Shown: piece by piece, positions 10,506-18,962 of the stretch
How positions within the stretch are numbered: the first letter of the stretch is position 1
How the letters are laid out: the number at the start of each line of letters is the position of its first letter
The notes under the pieces: model-generated
Told to the model about the DNA's origin: nothing
What the model saw: only the letters and a program-made list of their open reading frames with translations
The model's database searches: none
NCBI GenBank assembly: GCA_030149295.1
Contig: JASBRV010000119.1
Coordinates: 5,332 to 69,331 of the forward strand
From: Bacteriovoracales bacterium
Lineage (GTDB): Bacteria; Bdellovibrionota; Bacteriovoracia; Bacteriovoracales; Bacteriovoracaceae
DNA: 64,000 nt
Direction: 5' to 3'
Program-made: the position numbers and the translations under genes

Positions 10506-11012
10506 ATGAAAGCTTTTAATTTTCAAAAATGGATCGATGATCATCGCGAACTTTTAAAACCACCTGTTGGGAATAAAGTTGTCTTTAAAGATTCGACTTT
10601 TATCGTGATGGTTGTAGGTGGCCCTAACGAAAGAACAGACTTTCATGTTAATGAGTCGGATGAGTTCTTTTACCAACTTGAAGGTGAAATGAACTTAAGA
10701 ACGATCAACGAAGAAGGAAAGTTTGAAGATATCCCTATCAAAGCCGGTGAGATTTATATGCTCAGAAGAGGCACTCCTCACTCCCCCCAAAGAATGAAAG
10801 ACTCTATTGGTCTAGTTGTAGAAAAGACACGAGAAGAGGGGGACATGGATAAGTTACAGTGGTACTGCAAAAAATGCTGCCACAAACTCTACGAAGAAAC
10901 CTTTCATCTCTCTAATATTGAAACTCAGTTTGGTGCTGTCTTTGACCGTTACTACAATAGCGATCATAAAAAGTGCCCTAAGTGTGACACCATAACAGAT
11001 AAGGTTTGGTAA
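10506..11012 (+). CDS. nbaC: 3-hydroxyanthranilate 3,4-dioxygenase
   Basis: 168 aa cupin with FH.N...EFFYQ.EG and P.G.PHSPQR motifs, plus C-terminal CxxC...CxxC (CKKCC..., CPKC) for the rubredoxin-like site. Confidence 0.88.
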   Translation: MKAFNFQKWIDDHRELLKPPVGNKVVFKDSTFIVMVVGGPNERTDFHVNESDEFFYQLEGEMNLRTINEEGKFEDIPIKAGEIYMLRRGTPHSPQRMKDSIGLVVEKTREEGDMDKLQWYCKKCCHKLYEETFHLSNIETQFGAVFDRYYNSDHKKCPKCDTITDKVW

Positions 11013-11749
11013 TGGATTTACAACTCAATGAAAAGAAATGTCTTATTTTTGGTTCAACTGGCGGTATAGGCCGCTCAATAGCGGAGGCCCTTATTCGTGA
11101 AGGAGCTGATGTTTTTATCAATGGTCGAACTGAAGAAAAGTGCCAACAAATATGTCGTGAAATCGGTGCCAAAGGTTTTTATGCCGGAGATCTCAGTCTA
11201 GAAAATGTCGCCAAAGACATCACTGAGCGCTTCATTAAAGAGCAAGGCAAGATTGATATTCTCGTTACGAATACTGGTGGACCTAAGAAAGGCAGTTTTT
11301 TAGAAGTGACGAAAGATCAATGGCAAACAGACTTTCAAAGCCTCTGGCTTTCCGTTGTTGAAAGTCTTCATGTCGCCCTACCAAAAATGGCCGACAATCA
11401 CTACGGCCGAGTCCTTCTCGTGACCAGCCTTGCGGCCAAAGAGCCGCTGCCAGGACTTACAACTTCAAATGGTTTAAGAGCAGGGCTTGCGGGTCTGGTG
11501 CGTAGTATTTCCAATGAATATTCATCTAAGGGAATTACTTTAAATTTAATCCTTCCAGGCTATACAAATACAGAAAGGCTACAGGCTTTAAATCTTAGTG
11601 AAGAGAAAGTAAAAGAAATGATCCCTGCGGGTCGCTTGGGTGAGCCTGAAGAGCTCGCAGATTTAGCGGCTTTCTTGGCCTCTCCAAGGGCTGGCTACAT
11701 CACTGCCCAAAGTATTGCCATAGACGGTGGTGTTTTAAAGGGACATTAG
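11006..11749 (+). CDS. short-chain dehydrogenase/reductase with non-canonical active-site residues
   Basis: 247 aa. TGGIGRS Rossmann motif and an NTGG motif. At the YxxxK position the sequence reads S154-N-G-L-R158 (see findings). Confidence 0.8.
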   Translation: MVMDLQLNEKKCLIFGSTGGIGRSIAEALIREGADVFINGRTEEKCQQICREIGAKGFYAGDLSLENVAKDITERFIKEQGKIDILVTNTGGPKKGSFLEVTKDQWQTDFQSLWLSVVESLHVALPKMADNHYGRVLLVTSLAAKEPLPGLTTSNGLRAGLAGLVRSISNEYSSKGITLNLILPGYTNTERLQALNLSEEKVKEMIPAGRLGEPEELADLAAFLASPRAGYITAQSIAIDGGVLKGH

Positions 11750-12567
11750 TTTTTTACACAGCGAAAGGTTAATCCATAAAAGGCAATTTCTTTATCAAAA
11801 GAAAAATCTACTGTGAGAATACCTGCTGATCTTAACCTGTGAAATCTCCCCCCACGAATCATCGCTAGGTTTTTTTCTTTTTTCCACTCCGCCCAAAGAG
11901 CACCAACCATATTAAGCGTGTTCAGTTTTGGGTTCTTGGCAGATACAAGCCACTTTTTTTCCAGACCTTTTCCAAGGCCCTCATCTGGAATACGATCTAA
12001 CTCTCTCCATCTATTCTGCTCGAGAAAAGGATGTTTTTTCATTTCGTAATCCCACTTAACCCACTCCCAAAGATTACCGGAGAAGTCCCAAATTTCTTCA
12101 TTAGATTTCAGATAATGAGTTCTTTTTTGATCAAACTTCATACCCGATTTATTACAATCACCTTGAACATTATCCAGCTTCGTATCACAAGCTTTAGCCG
12201 GGTTATTATCTGAGTGGCCTTTATTAATATAACCAACACCGACCTCATTACTTGACCAGTTTTTAACATTTCCAATGATCTCATCTGCAATCGTAAGCCA
12301 TTGGGCATTATCAATAAGATCGTAACCCTTTCCTAGCTTTTGACAAGCGGACTTCGCCTCGGAATACTTTACATCCACCCAGGGAAATCCTTCTTGCCTT
12401 GAAACAGGAATCCCCTTTTCTAACCTCTTAGCAGGAAACTTCATTACACAAAAGCTTTTGTCGATTCCGTAAGCCTTATTCTCACTGACTTTCAAAAAAC
12501 CTTCAGGGCATTCATTAGCAATTGCTGCCAATGAAAAGAAAAAAGTAAAAATTACAATTAACCTCAT
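11746..12567 (-). CDS. secreted formylglycine-generating-enzyme (FGE/SUMF1) domain protein
   Basis: 273 aa with a signal peptide. GNLWEWV and RGG.F motifs typical of the FGE-sulfatase domain. Confidence 0.75.
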   Translation of the reverse strand: MRLIVIFTFFFSLAAIANECPEGFLKVSENKAYGIDKSFCVMKFPAKRLEKGIPVSRQEGFPWVDVKYSEAKSACQKLGKGYDLIDNAQWLTIADEIIGNVKNWSSNEVGVGYINKGHSDNNPAKACDTKLDNVQGDCNKSGMKFDQKRTHYLKSNEEIWDFSGNLWEWVKWDYEMKKHPFLEQNRWRELDRIPDEGLGKGLEKKWLVSAKNPKLNTLNMVGALWAEWKKEKNLAMIRGGRFHRLRSAGILTVDFSFDKEIAFYGLTFRCVKN

Positions 12568-12706
12568 AAAGCCCTCTTTTTGATCTTAGTGCTATCTTAT
12601 TAACATTACTAAAAAAAATCTACTAAACAAAGTCTATCGGGTCGCCAAATTTTAAGTGATCATTAAGAACACTCTCCTTATTTCCTTTGAAAAATTCCTG
12701 GTTGAA

Positions 12707-13264
12707 TTAATTAAAAGACTTGAGAAATAAAAAGATAACTACGCCCGTTATTGAAACATATAGCCAGATTGGGAATGTTACCTTGGCGAACTTTTTATGA
12801 TGGCTCCATTTACCAAGTCCAGCGAATGTAAATGTTGCCAAGATAAGAGGAACTTGCACCATTGATAAGATGACATGACTTATTAAAATAAAGAAATAAA
12901 TTGGTCTAACTAACCCTTGGCCCATAAACTTTGTATCACCCTGAAAATGATGATACGTCAGGTAGCTTACTAAAAACAGTGCACTCACTGTAGCCGCGGC
13001 AATCATTGTATTACGATGAAGAAGCCTTTCCGATTTTTTAATAAAGTAAATGCCCAAACACAAAAGCATTGAAGTTATCGCATTCAAGCCACAGTTCAAA
13101 TAAGGGAGATAAGAAACCCAAGTGAGACCCTCAGCATCTCCCTTTTCTTTGGCATATATCCACCACAGAAGGAAAATAAAAATCAAAGAACTCAGACTAA
13201 TAAGGCCAAGCCAAAGCTTTTTATAAGAATTAGTTTCTTTCGTTTCCATCATCAACAACTTCAT
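12707..13264 (-). CDS. DUF420 family membrane protein (commonly linked to heme-copper oxidase operons)
   Basis: 185 aa with about 4-5 TM helices. The YLTYHH motif is typical of DUF420. Last gene of the bc/coxIII operon. Confidence 0.65.
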   Translation of the reverse strand: MKLLMMETKETNSYKKLWLGLISLSSLIFIFLLWWIYAKEKGDAEGLTWVSYLPYLNCGLNAITSMLLCLGIYFIKKSERLLHRNTMIAAATVSALFLVSYLTYHHFQGDTKFMGQGLVRPIYFFILISHVILSMVQVPLILATFTFAGLGKWSHHKKFAKVTFPIWLYVSITGVVIFLFLKSFN

Positions 13265-13451
13265 TAAAATTTCTATTCTTAATGATGGTTTTATAGATTA
13301 AATAGAAAGGTATGTAAGTAAGGAGAATGAAACCACTTAAGATGTAGACTAAATTTCCACTTTTAGGATCGTCCATAGATCCCATGCAACTCGGGCAGGC
13401 CATGGCCAGTTCAGTAATTAGCAAAAAAAGTACAAAAATTATTGTTTTCAT
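13230..13451 (-). CDS. small membrane protein with an N-terminal CPSC motif
   Basis: Start moved to the internal ATG at 13451 (MKTIIFVLF...), which has an AGAGGTAAGG RBS. Signal/TM segment, then CPSC, then a second TM helix. Lies between coxIII and DUF420. Confidence 0.5.
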   Translation of the reverse strand: MKTIIFVLFLLITELAMACPSCMGSMDDPKSGNLVYILSGFILLTYIPFYLIYKTIIKNRNFNEVVDDGNERN

Positions 13452-13522
13452 CGGCCTTACCTCTTTTCTCATCCATCCATAGAAATAAGGACATTATAAA
13501 GGAGAGGGACTAAAAGCCCCTC

Positions 13523-14161
13523 TTAAAGCAAGTAAACAAAAGTGAAAACGAGAATCCAAACAAGATCGACAAAGTGCCAGAAAAGTCCCGCGATCTCAAG
13601 AAGGTTGTAGTCACCATTATCAAAGCGCCCATCTAATGCGAGCTTAAACATATAAAGAAGGTAAAGAGTACCTGAGAGAACATGGAGTCCATGAAAGCCT
13701 GTAATACTAAAAAAGGTCGCGGAAAAAAGTCCCGTTCCCTTCTCATAAGTATTGAAGCTCATCCCCATATCATTAAAGAGGTGCAAATATTCATAAACCT
13801 GCATCCCAAGAAAGCCCAAACCACCTAGACAAGTAAGACCGAGCCAAAGACGAATACCCTTTGGATCACGAAGCTTACAAGCATCAATGGCTAAGACCAT
13901 GGTCACCGATGAGCAAATTAGCCAAAACGTCATGAAGCCAGAAAGACCTACTCCACCAAGAGCTTCAACCGGATTAGGCCATTGGTCAAACATTTGGGCA
14001 CGAAGAATTCCATAAGCAAGCAGCAAGCCCGAAAAAGACATGGCGTCCGTACCAAGAAAAAGCCACATTCCGATTTTTCCAGGGCTAGCCTTTCCAAATT
14101 GTGGATCATCTTCATAGGTCAATGGTCCATCATGACCAGCTTTATTAACGGCAGTGCTCAT
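13523..14161 (-). CDS. ctaE: cytochrome c oxidase subunit III
   Basis: 212 aa with 5 TM helices. C-terminal HF.HGLHV and FWHFVD.VW motifs. The start codon shares one base with the stop of the upstream octaheme gene (TAATG). Confidence 0.88.
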   Translation of the reverse strand: MSTAVNKAGHDGPLTYEDDPQFGKASPGKIGMWLFLGTDAMSFSGLLLAYGILRAQMFDQWPNPVEALGGVGLSGFMTFWLICSSVTMVLAIDACKLRDPKGIRLWLGLTCLGGLGFLGMQVYEYLHLFNDMGMSFNTYEKGTGLFSATFFSITGFHGLHVLSGTLYLLYMFKLALDGRFDNGDYNLLEIAGLFWHFVDLVWILVFTFVYLL

Positions 14162-16995
14162 TACTGTTTACTCCAATAATTAGTATTTTTGGTTGGTAAC
14201 TTCTCTGTACCAAAATCATACATGAATTTAGTAAGGGCATCAATTTGACGCTGAGTATCCCCACCGAGGATATCAGGGGCCATAGACTCTCCATCAGGCC
14301 AGAAGTTAGGCATGAGCGTTCCTTCAAGAATTGCTTGAGGGTTTTTTAGCCACTTTTTCACCCAACTTGGACGCAACCTTCTTCTAACAAAGTAAAGATT
14401 CGGTGCAGATGGATCGTCATTGTTAAAGCCAGCAGTGTGACAAGAAGCACAAGCAAACTCATCCCAAAGCTGACGGGCTGCCTGTTTTTCGCCTGGTTCC
14501 CAATCTACGATTTGAGAACGGTCAACAAGTGCTTTTTGATCAGCCTTATACTGGAACATTGTAACAATAGTGTTCCTTTCCTCGTCCGTTAGATTGTAGG
14601 AAGGCATTCTCACATTCAACCAAGGTCTAATGGGGTAAACATTATCAAGGAAGTAGTGGAACCAATCCAACTGGACTCTGTGACCTTGACCATTAAGACG
14701 TGGTGGGCCTTCGTTAATGTCATCTTGGTACTTAGCAAGAATATCACCTCGGTAACCATCAACCTGGTGGCAACCAATACAGTTAAACTTATTAACGACC
14801 TTCATTCCGTCAGCGACAATCTTCTCACTTGAATTGAGACGCTTCACTCCCTTAAGAGGAATTTTCTCATTAACGTGGCCAATAATAGCAATCGTCATGG
14901 TTTCAGCTTCTCTTTCCGTTAAGTAAAAGTTCGGCATTCGAGTGAGATCTTGAAATGGCTTATCAATACCGATATCCCAACGTCTTGGATCTAGTAAGTG
15001 AGCCTTAATCCATCCATCTCTCGTATGCTCAACCTGTTTTTGGAGACCAAAGCCAAATTGCGTTAGCGGTTTGGAGCCTTCATGAGTTAATTCGGGCCCA
15101 ATAGGTGCACGCCCCGCAAAGCCATCTATATTGTGACAAGAATAACAGCCGTACTTACCAATTGATCTATGTCCGAGCTCTAGAGTCTTTTCTCTATCAC
15201 TCATTTTAGAAAGCTTTTCTAAGGCAACCTCTTCTGTATCAAAAGCAGAGAAGTAACGAAGAAGAATGTCATCACGTGCCTCTTCATCCATGCTCTCAAA
15301 TTTATAACCTTCAAACTTCTTGTTTCTTAAACTTAGAAGATACGCAGTGATATCGTTAGCTTCTTTATCGCTTAAGCGAAAAGATGGCATAATCGTGTCT
15401 TCTTGGTAATGACTTGGTTTTTTAAGCCAGGAAACAAGCCAATCCGGATCAACTTTAGAACCAGTTCCGTAGAGATAAGGACCGGCATAGGCATTGATTT
15501 TGTTGGATACTTCTTCCATTCCCTGAATGCCGTGACAGCCCATACAGCCAACTTGAGCCGTTAACTCTTTTCCAGTTTCAACATCACCACCGGTGTACTT
15601 CATAAAAGGTTTATAAGGCTTAGACTTTTCCCAAATAAACTCTGCCATAGCGTTTACTTCAGCAATATTCTTCACCATGTGCTTAGGCTGGGAATTATTC
15701 GACTGACCAAAAAAACGCGGCATCATTGCATGAGGATTAAATGATTTTGGATCCCAAACCCAATTCTTAAAGAATTCCTTATCAACCTTTGCTGCAATCT
15801 TTTCAAGGCTAGGCCCGGGCATTCTCTTATGTTCCCAACCTTCAATTTTGTGACATCCATAACAGCCGTATTTTTCAATATTTTGAAGACCCTCATTAAC
15901 AACAGTTCCACCAGGAATAAACTCGACACCTTTGTGACATTTAATACAGCTAGACTCTGTTTGAGAAAGTTTAAGCATTGGCGAAGGAATACGGTGAGGC
16001 TCATGCCAATTGTATTTTTCAACCCATTCTTTCTTTTGCTCTTCATTTTCCGGCCAGTGAGCAACACTGGTAAAGTCATTAACCCTATGACCTTCTCCAC
16101 CGTGACAGATGGTACACCCTGTTTCTTTCATAGGGTGAGGAGAATCTCTTCCCACCATGAGATCCAAGTTAGGGTGAGATCTATGTGGATTAGGTTGGTC
16201 TTCGTATCCAGGCTTATCAATGAAAGTGTGGCAGGTAATACAACGATCAACCCTTGGAACCTGTTGGAAATAACGATCGTCAGTAATATTCTCAAGAACG
16301 ATTTGCTCAATTTTAAGAGTTGGATCTAGGTAGTCGAGAAATGGAGCGTTTCGAATGGCAAAGATTGGCCCCATTTTTGTCTTATCCAAAGCCTTTTGAA
16401 TAAGCTCTGAAGTACCAGTCATTTTATCAATTGATTTTTCAGTCTCTAGAACTTCTTTTTGAAGATCATCCTTCTTGCGAATGAGCTCTTTTTTCACAGA
16501 CTGATAACCCTTCATACGGTCTTTTGACTCTGCAAAGAGCCTCTTATTTTCTTTAAGCTTAGCGAAGATAACAGCTTTATTGTCTTTATTCTTAAGCTGA
16601 GCTTGCTCATATTTAAAAGTATAAGCAGCAACTTGAGAGTTAAGAGTACCGTTCTTAATGGTTTCCGCTTTGAGCAACTTTTGAACCCTGGTGATCTCTT
16701 TATTAACTTTGATCACTTCTTGCTTGCGTTGAGCAACAACTTCACCAGCATTTTTTAGCTGTTTCTTAAGTTCATTAAGTTTTTCTTGATTAATATCTTC
16801 CTTAGCAAGGGCAAGTTTTTCTTGAAGCTTTTGTTGTTTAATCTTCATAGCTTCAACTTGAACAGCTTTCCAAGGACGAATGTAGTCATCAAGGAAAACC
16901 CAAATTGTTACCATAAGGAAAAGTATGGATAGGAATGCGAACAACTTGTTCAGCTTATTCGTATCGTATGCCATGCCTGGTTCTAGTTTTTTCAT
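14161..16995 (-). CDS. membrane-anchored octaheme c-type cytochrome with a long coiled-coil stalk
   Basis: 944 aa. N-terminal TM helix, then about 200 aa of K/E/Q-rich heptad-like sequence. I counted 8 CxxCH motifs: CITCH, CTICH, CIKCH, CYGCH, CMGCH, CYSCH, CIGCH, CASCH. Confidence 0.85.
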   Translation of the reverse strand: MKKLEPGMAYDTNKLNKLFAFLSILFLMVTIWVFLDDYIRPWKAVQVEAMKIKQQKLQEKLALAKEDINQEKLNELKKQLKNAGEVVAQRKQEVIKVNKEITRVQKLLKAETIKNGTLNSQVAAYTFKYEQAQLKNKDNKAVIFAKLKENKRLFAESKDRMKGYQSVKKELIRKKDDLQKEVLETEKSIDKMTGTSELIQKALDKTKMGPIFAIRNAPFLDYLDPTLKIEQIVLENITDDRYFQQVPRVDRCITCHTFIDKPGYEDQPNPHRSHPNLDLMVGRDSPHPMKETGCTICHGGEGHRVNDFTSVAHWPENEEQKKEWVEKYNWHEPHRIPSPMLKLSQTESSCIKCHKGVEFIPGGTVVNEGLQNIEKYGCYGCHKIEGWEHKRMPGPSLEKIAAKVDKEFFKNWVWDPKSFNPHAMMPRFFGQSNNSQPKHMVKNIAEVNAMAEFIWEKSKPYKPFMKYTGGDVETGKELTAQVGCMGCHGIQGMEEVSNKINAYAGPYLYGTGSKVDPDWLVSWLKKPSHYQEDTIMPSFRLSDKEANDITAYLLSLRNKKFEGYKFESMDEEARDDILLRYFSAFDTEEVALEKLSKMSDREKTLELGHRSIGKYGCYSCHNIDGFAGRAPIGPELTHEGSKPLTQFGFGLQKQVEHTRDGWIKAHLLDPRRWDIGIDKPFQDLTRMPNFYLTEREAETMTIAIIGHVNEKIPLKGVKRLNSSEKIVADGMKVVNKFNCIGCHQVDGYRGDILAKYQDDINEGPPRLNGQGHRVQLDWFHYFLDNVYPIRPWLNVRMPSYNLTDEERNTIVTMFQYKADQKALVDRSQIVDWEPGEKQAARQLWDEFACASCHTAGFNNDDPSAPNLYFVRRRLRPSWVKKWLKNPQAILEGTLMPNFWPDGESMAPDILGGDTQRQIDALTKFMYDFGTEKLPTKNTNYWSKQ

Positions 16996-17025
16996 CTCTT
17001 TGTAACCTTCCTTTAGTCCTAAGGC

Positions 17026-18102
17026 TTACAGGTTCAACTCAAGTTCTGGTAGAGCAACAATATATTTGAGGGAGAATAACCATCTCAAAACCATTTTTAT
17101 TGGTAAGCTCATCATTAAGAGAAGAAGCACAATAAAAATGTAGTAACGAATATTTCCAACCTTCTCAATCATCATCTTTCCGTACTTTGTAGCAGCACTT
17201 AAAGGAGGAAGTACGAAAATATAGCCAAGAGAAAGAATGATCCCCAGAATCTCTCTTACAAACATATTTTCTGGCATGGCCGTATTAAGCCACTTAATCC
17301 ACAAGAACTCTGAGAGGTTTACGTTATACTCAGCGACAACTTTATGATAATCCCAGTATTCAAAGGGCCCGTAGAAAGTCCAGTTAGGTCCCCTCAAAAA
17401 AGTACCAACAATAATCAGGTACACCCAAAGAACTAACCAGCCAAAGAGAAATCCCCACATTGCCAAAGGTCTCTCAGCGATAGTGTAGTAACCATTTCCC
17501 TTTGGGTTGGTATCAATATAAGGAATTGCGATAAGCCCAACAACAACTACTCCAGGAAGAACAACACCCGCCATCCAAGGGTCAAAGTAAACGAGCATTT
17601 CTTGAAGACCAAGGAAATACCATGGTGCTTTTGCTGGGTTAGGTGCCCAAGTAGGGTTAGCCGGCTCTTCAAGAGGTGCTTTAAAAAGAATTGCCCAAAC
17701 CACTAGAAAACAAGTAGCGGCGATAATCATGAAAAGTTCTGTGTAGACAAGGTTAGGCCATGACCATACCTTTTCTCTATTTTCAGGAGTTCCCTCAATC
17801 GGCCCTAGACCTTGCTCAATACGAGTATCATTTTGAGCAGCTTTATAGAAAGTAAACCATTGAAGAAAGCCAACTAGAACAAGAAGAATGGCAATAGGAA
17901 TATTGTCGGGGAAAATTAGGATTTTGAAGAAGTAAGGATCAGAGGCAAACCAAATTGAAGTTGGGATAATGAACGCCAAACTCCAGTAAAGAAACTTCTT
18001 CGTCCCTACAACACGATAATACTTCATCATGAGGAAGAATAAGAGGCAAGCAACCGGAAAAGATCGAATCGGGTCTGCCATGTAGTTAATTAATTCTTTC
18101 AT
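17026..18102 (-). CDS. cytochrome b C-terminal / b6f subunit IV-like membrane protein (extended)
   Basis: 358 aa polytopic protein. EEPANP...APWYFLGLQE aligns by eye to the EPANP...PEWYF Qo-site segment of subunit IV. Confidence 0.75.
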   Translation of the reverse strand: MKELINYMADPIRSFPVACLLFFLMMKYYRVVGTKKFLYWSLAFIIPTSIWFASDPYFFKILIFPDNIPIAILLVLVGFLQWFTFYKAAQNDTRIEQGLGPIEGTPENREKVWSWPNLVYTELFMIIAATCFLVVWAILFKAPLEEPANPTWAPNPAKAPWYFLGLQEMLVYFDPWMAGVVLPGVVVVGLIAIPYIDTNPKGNGYYTIAERPLAMWGFLFGWLVLWVYLIIVGTFLRGPNWTFYGPFEYWDYHKVVAEYNVNLSEFLWIKWLNTAMPENMFVREILGIILSLGYIFVLPPLSAATKYGKMMIEKVGNIRYYIFIVLLLLMMSLPIKMVLRWLFSLKYIVALPELELNL

Positions 18103-18147
18103 CTCTATTTAGTCCTGATTAATTACCTTTTTAAGTTCCGTCTTAAA

Positions 18148-18930
18148 TTATAGGGGAGCTGAAATACCACCGTCTTTTCTTACTCTCCAAAAATGAACCG
18201 CAATAAGAGTTCCAACAACAAGAGGGATGAAAACACAGTGAAGAATGTAAAATCTTAACAATGCTGGTTCACCAACAAAACGCCCTGCCAATAACTGGAA
18301 GCGAACATCGTTTTTGTCTGAAACAAGAACGAAGTCACCAATTTGAGCAAGGGCAGCACCAGGACCACCGTGACCAAGAAAAGGAGTTGCCTTAGCCATG
18401 TTAGCACCAACGGTAATCGCCCAAATAGCAAGCTGATCCCAAGGAAGAAGATAGCCTGTAAATGAAAGCAGGAGGGTTAAAACGAGAAGGATAACACCTA
18501 CACCCCAGTTAAATTCTCTAGGTGGTTTATAGGACCCAGTCATAAAGACTCGGAACATATGAAGCCAAGTAGTAATAACCATGGAGTGAGCACCCCAACG
18601 ATGAATTTCACGCATAATCCCCAAAGGCACGTGCTCACGAAGGGCAATAATATCATTGAAAGCATATTCCGCTGTTGGGCGGTAATAAAACATGAGAAGA
18701 ACGCCTGACACAGTCAACGCAAGAAAGATAAAAAACGTTAGCCCTCCCATACACCATGTGTAACCAAGCTGAACGCCAGACTTTTTAAGTTTAATGGGAT
18801 GAAGGTGAAGAAAAACGTTCCCAGCAACAACTGCTGCTCGGTTACGTGCATTGTCTGGAGGACCGTGACGAAAAATCGACTTCCATACTTGGGTTCCTCT
18901 TACATAATCGGCGATACCTTTTTGTGCCAT
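18148..18930 (-). CDS. cytochrome b (b6-like N-terminal half, di-heme)
   Basis: 260 aa with 4 TM helices. REIHRWGAHSMV...WLHMFRVF pattern of the cytochrome b heme-ligand helices. Confidence 0.85.
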   Translation of the reverse strand: MAQKGIADYVRGTQVWKSIFRHGPPDNARNRAAVVAGNVFLHLHPIKLKKSGVQLGYTWCMGGLTFFIFLALTVSGVLLMFYYRPTAEYAFNDIIALREHVPLGIMREIHRWGAHSMVITTWLHMFRVFMTGSYKPPREFNWGVGVILLVLTLLLSFTGYLLPWDQLAIWAITVGANMAKATPFLGHGGPGAALAQIGDFVLVSDKNDVRFQLLAGRFVGEPALLRFYILHCVFIPLVVGTLIAVHFWRVRKDGGISAPL

Positions 18931-18962
18931 TTCGTGCTTCCTTATTAACTACAAGAAACTAA

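Noticed and set aside
15723-16329. Several 60-166-aa ORFs inside or antisense to the octaheme cytochrome gene. The same applies to similar nested ORFs elsewhere (e.g. 524-814, 1759-2013, 36990-37454, 53015-53751).
   Set aside because: All are embedded in longer ORFs with clear family signatures. They have no RBS and show low-complexity or hydrophobic junk translations typical of shadow ORFs.
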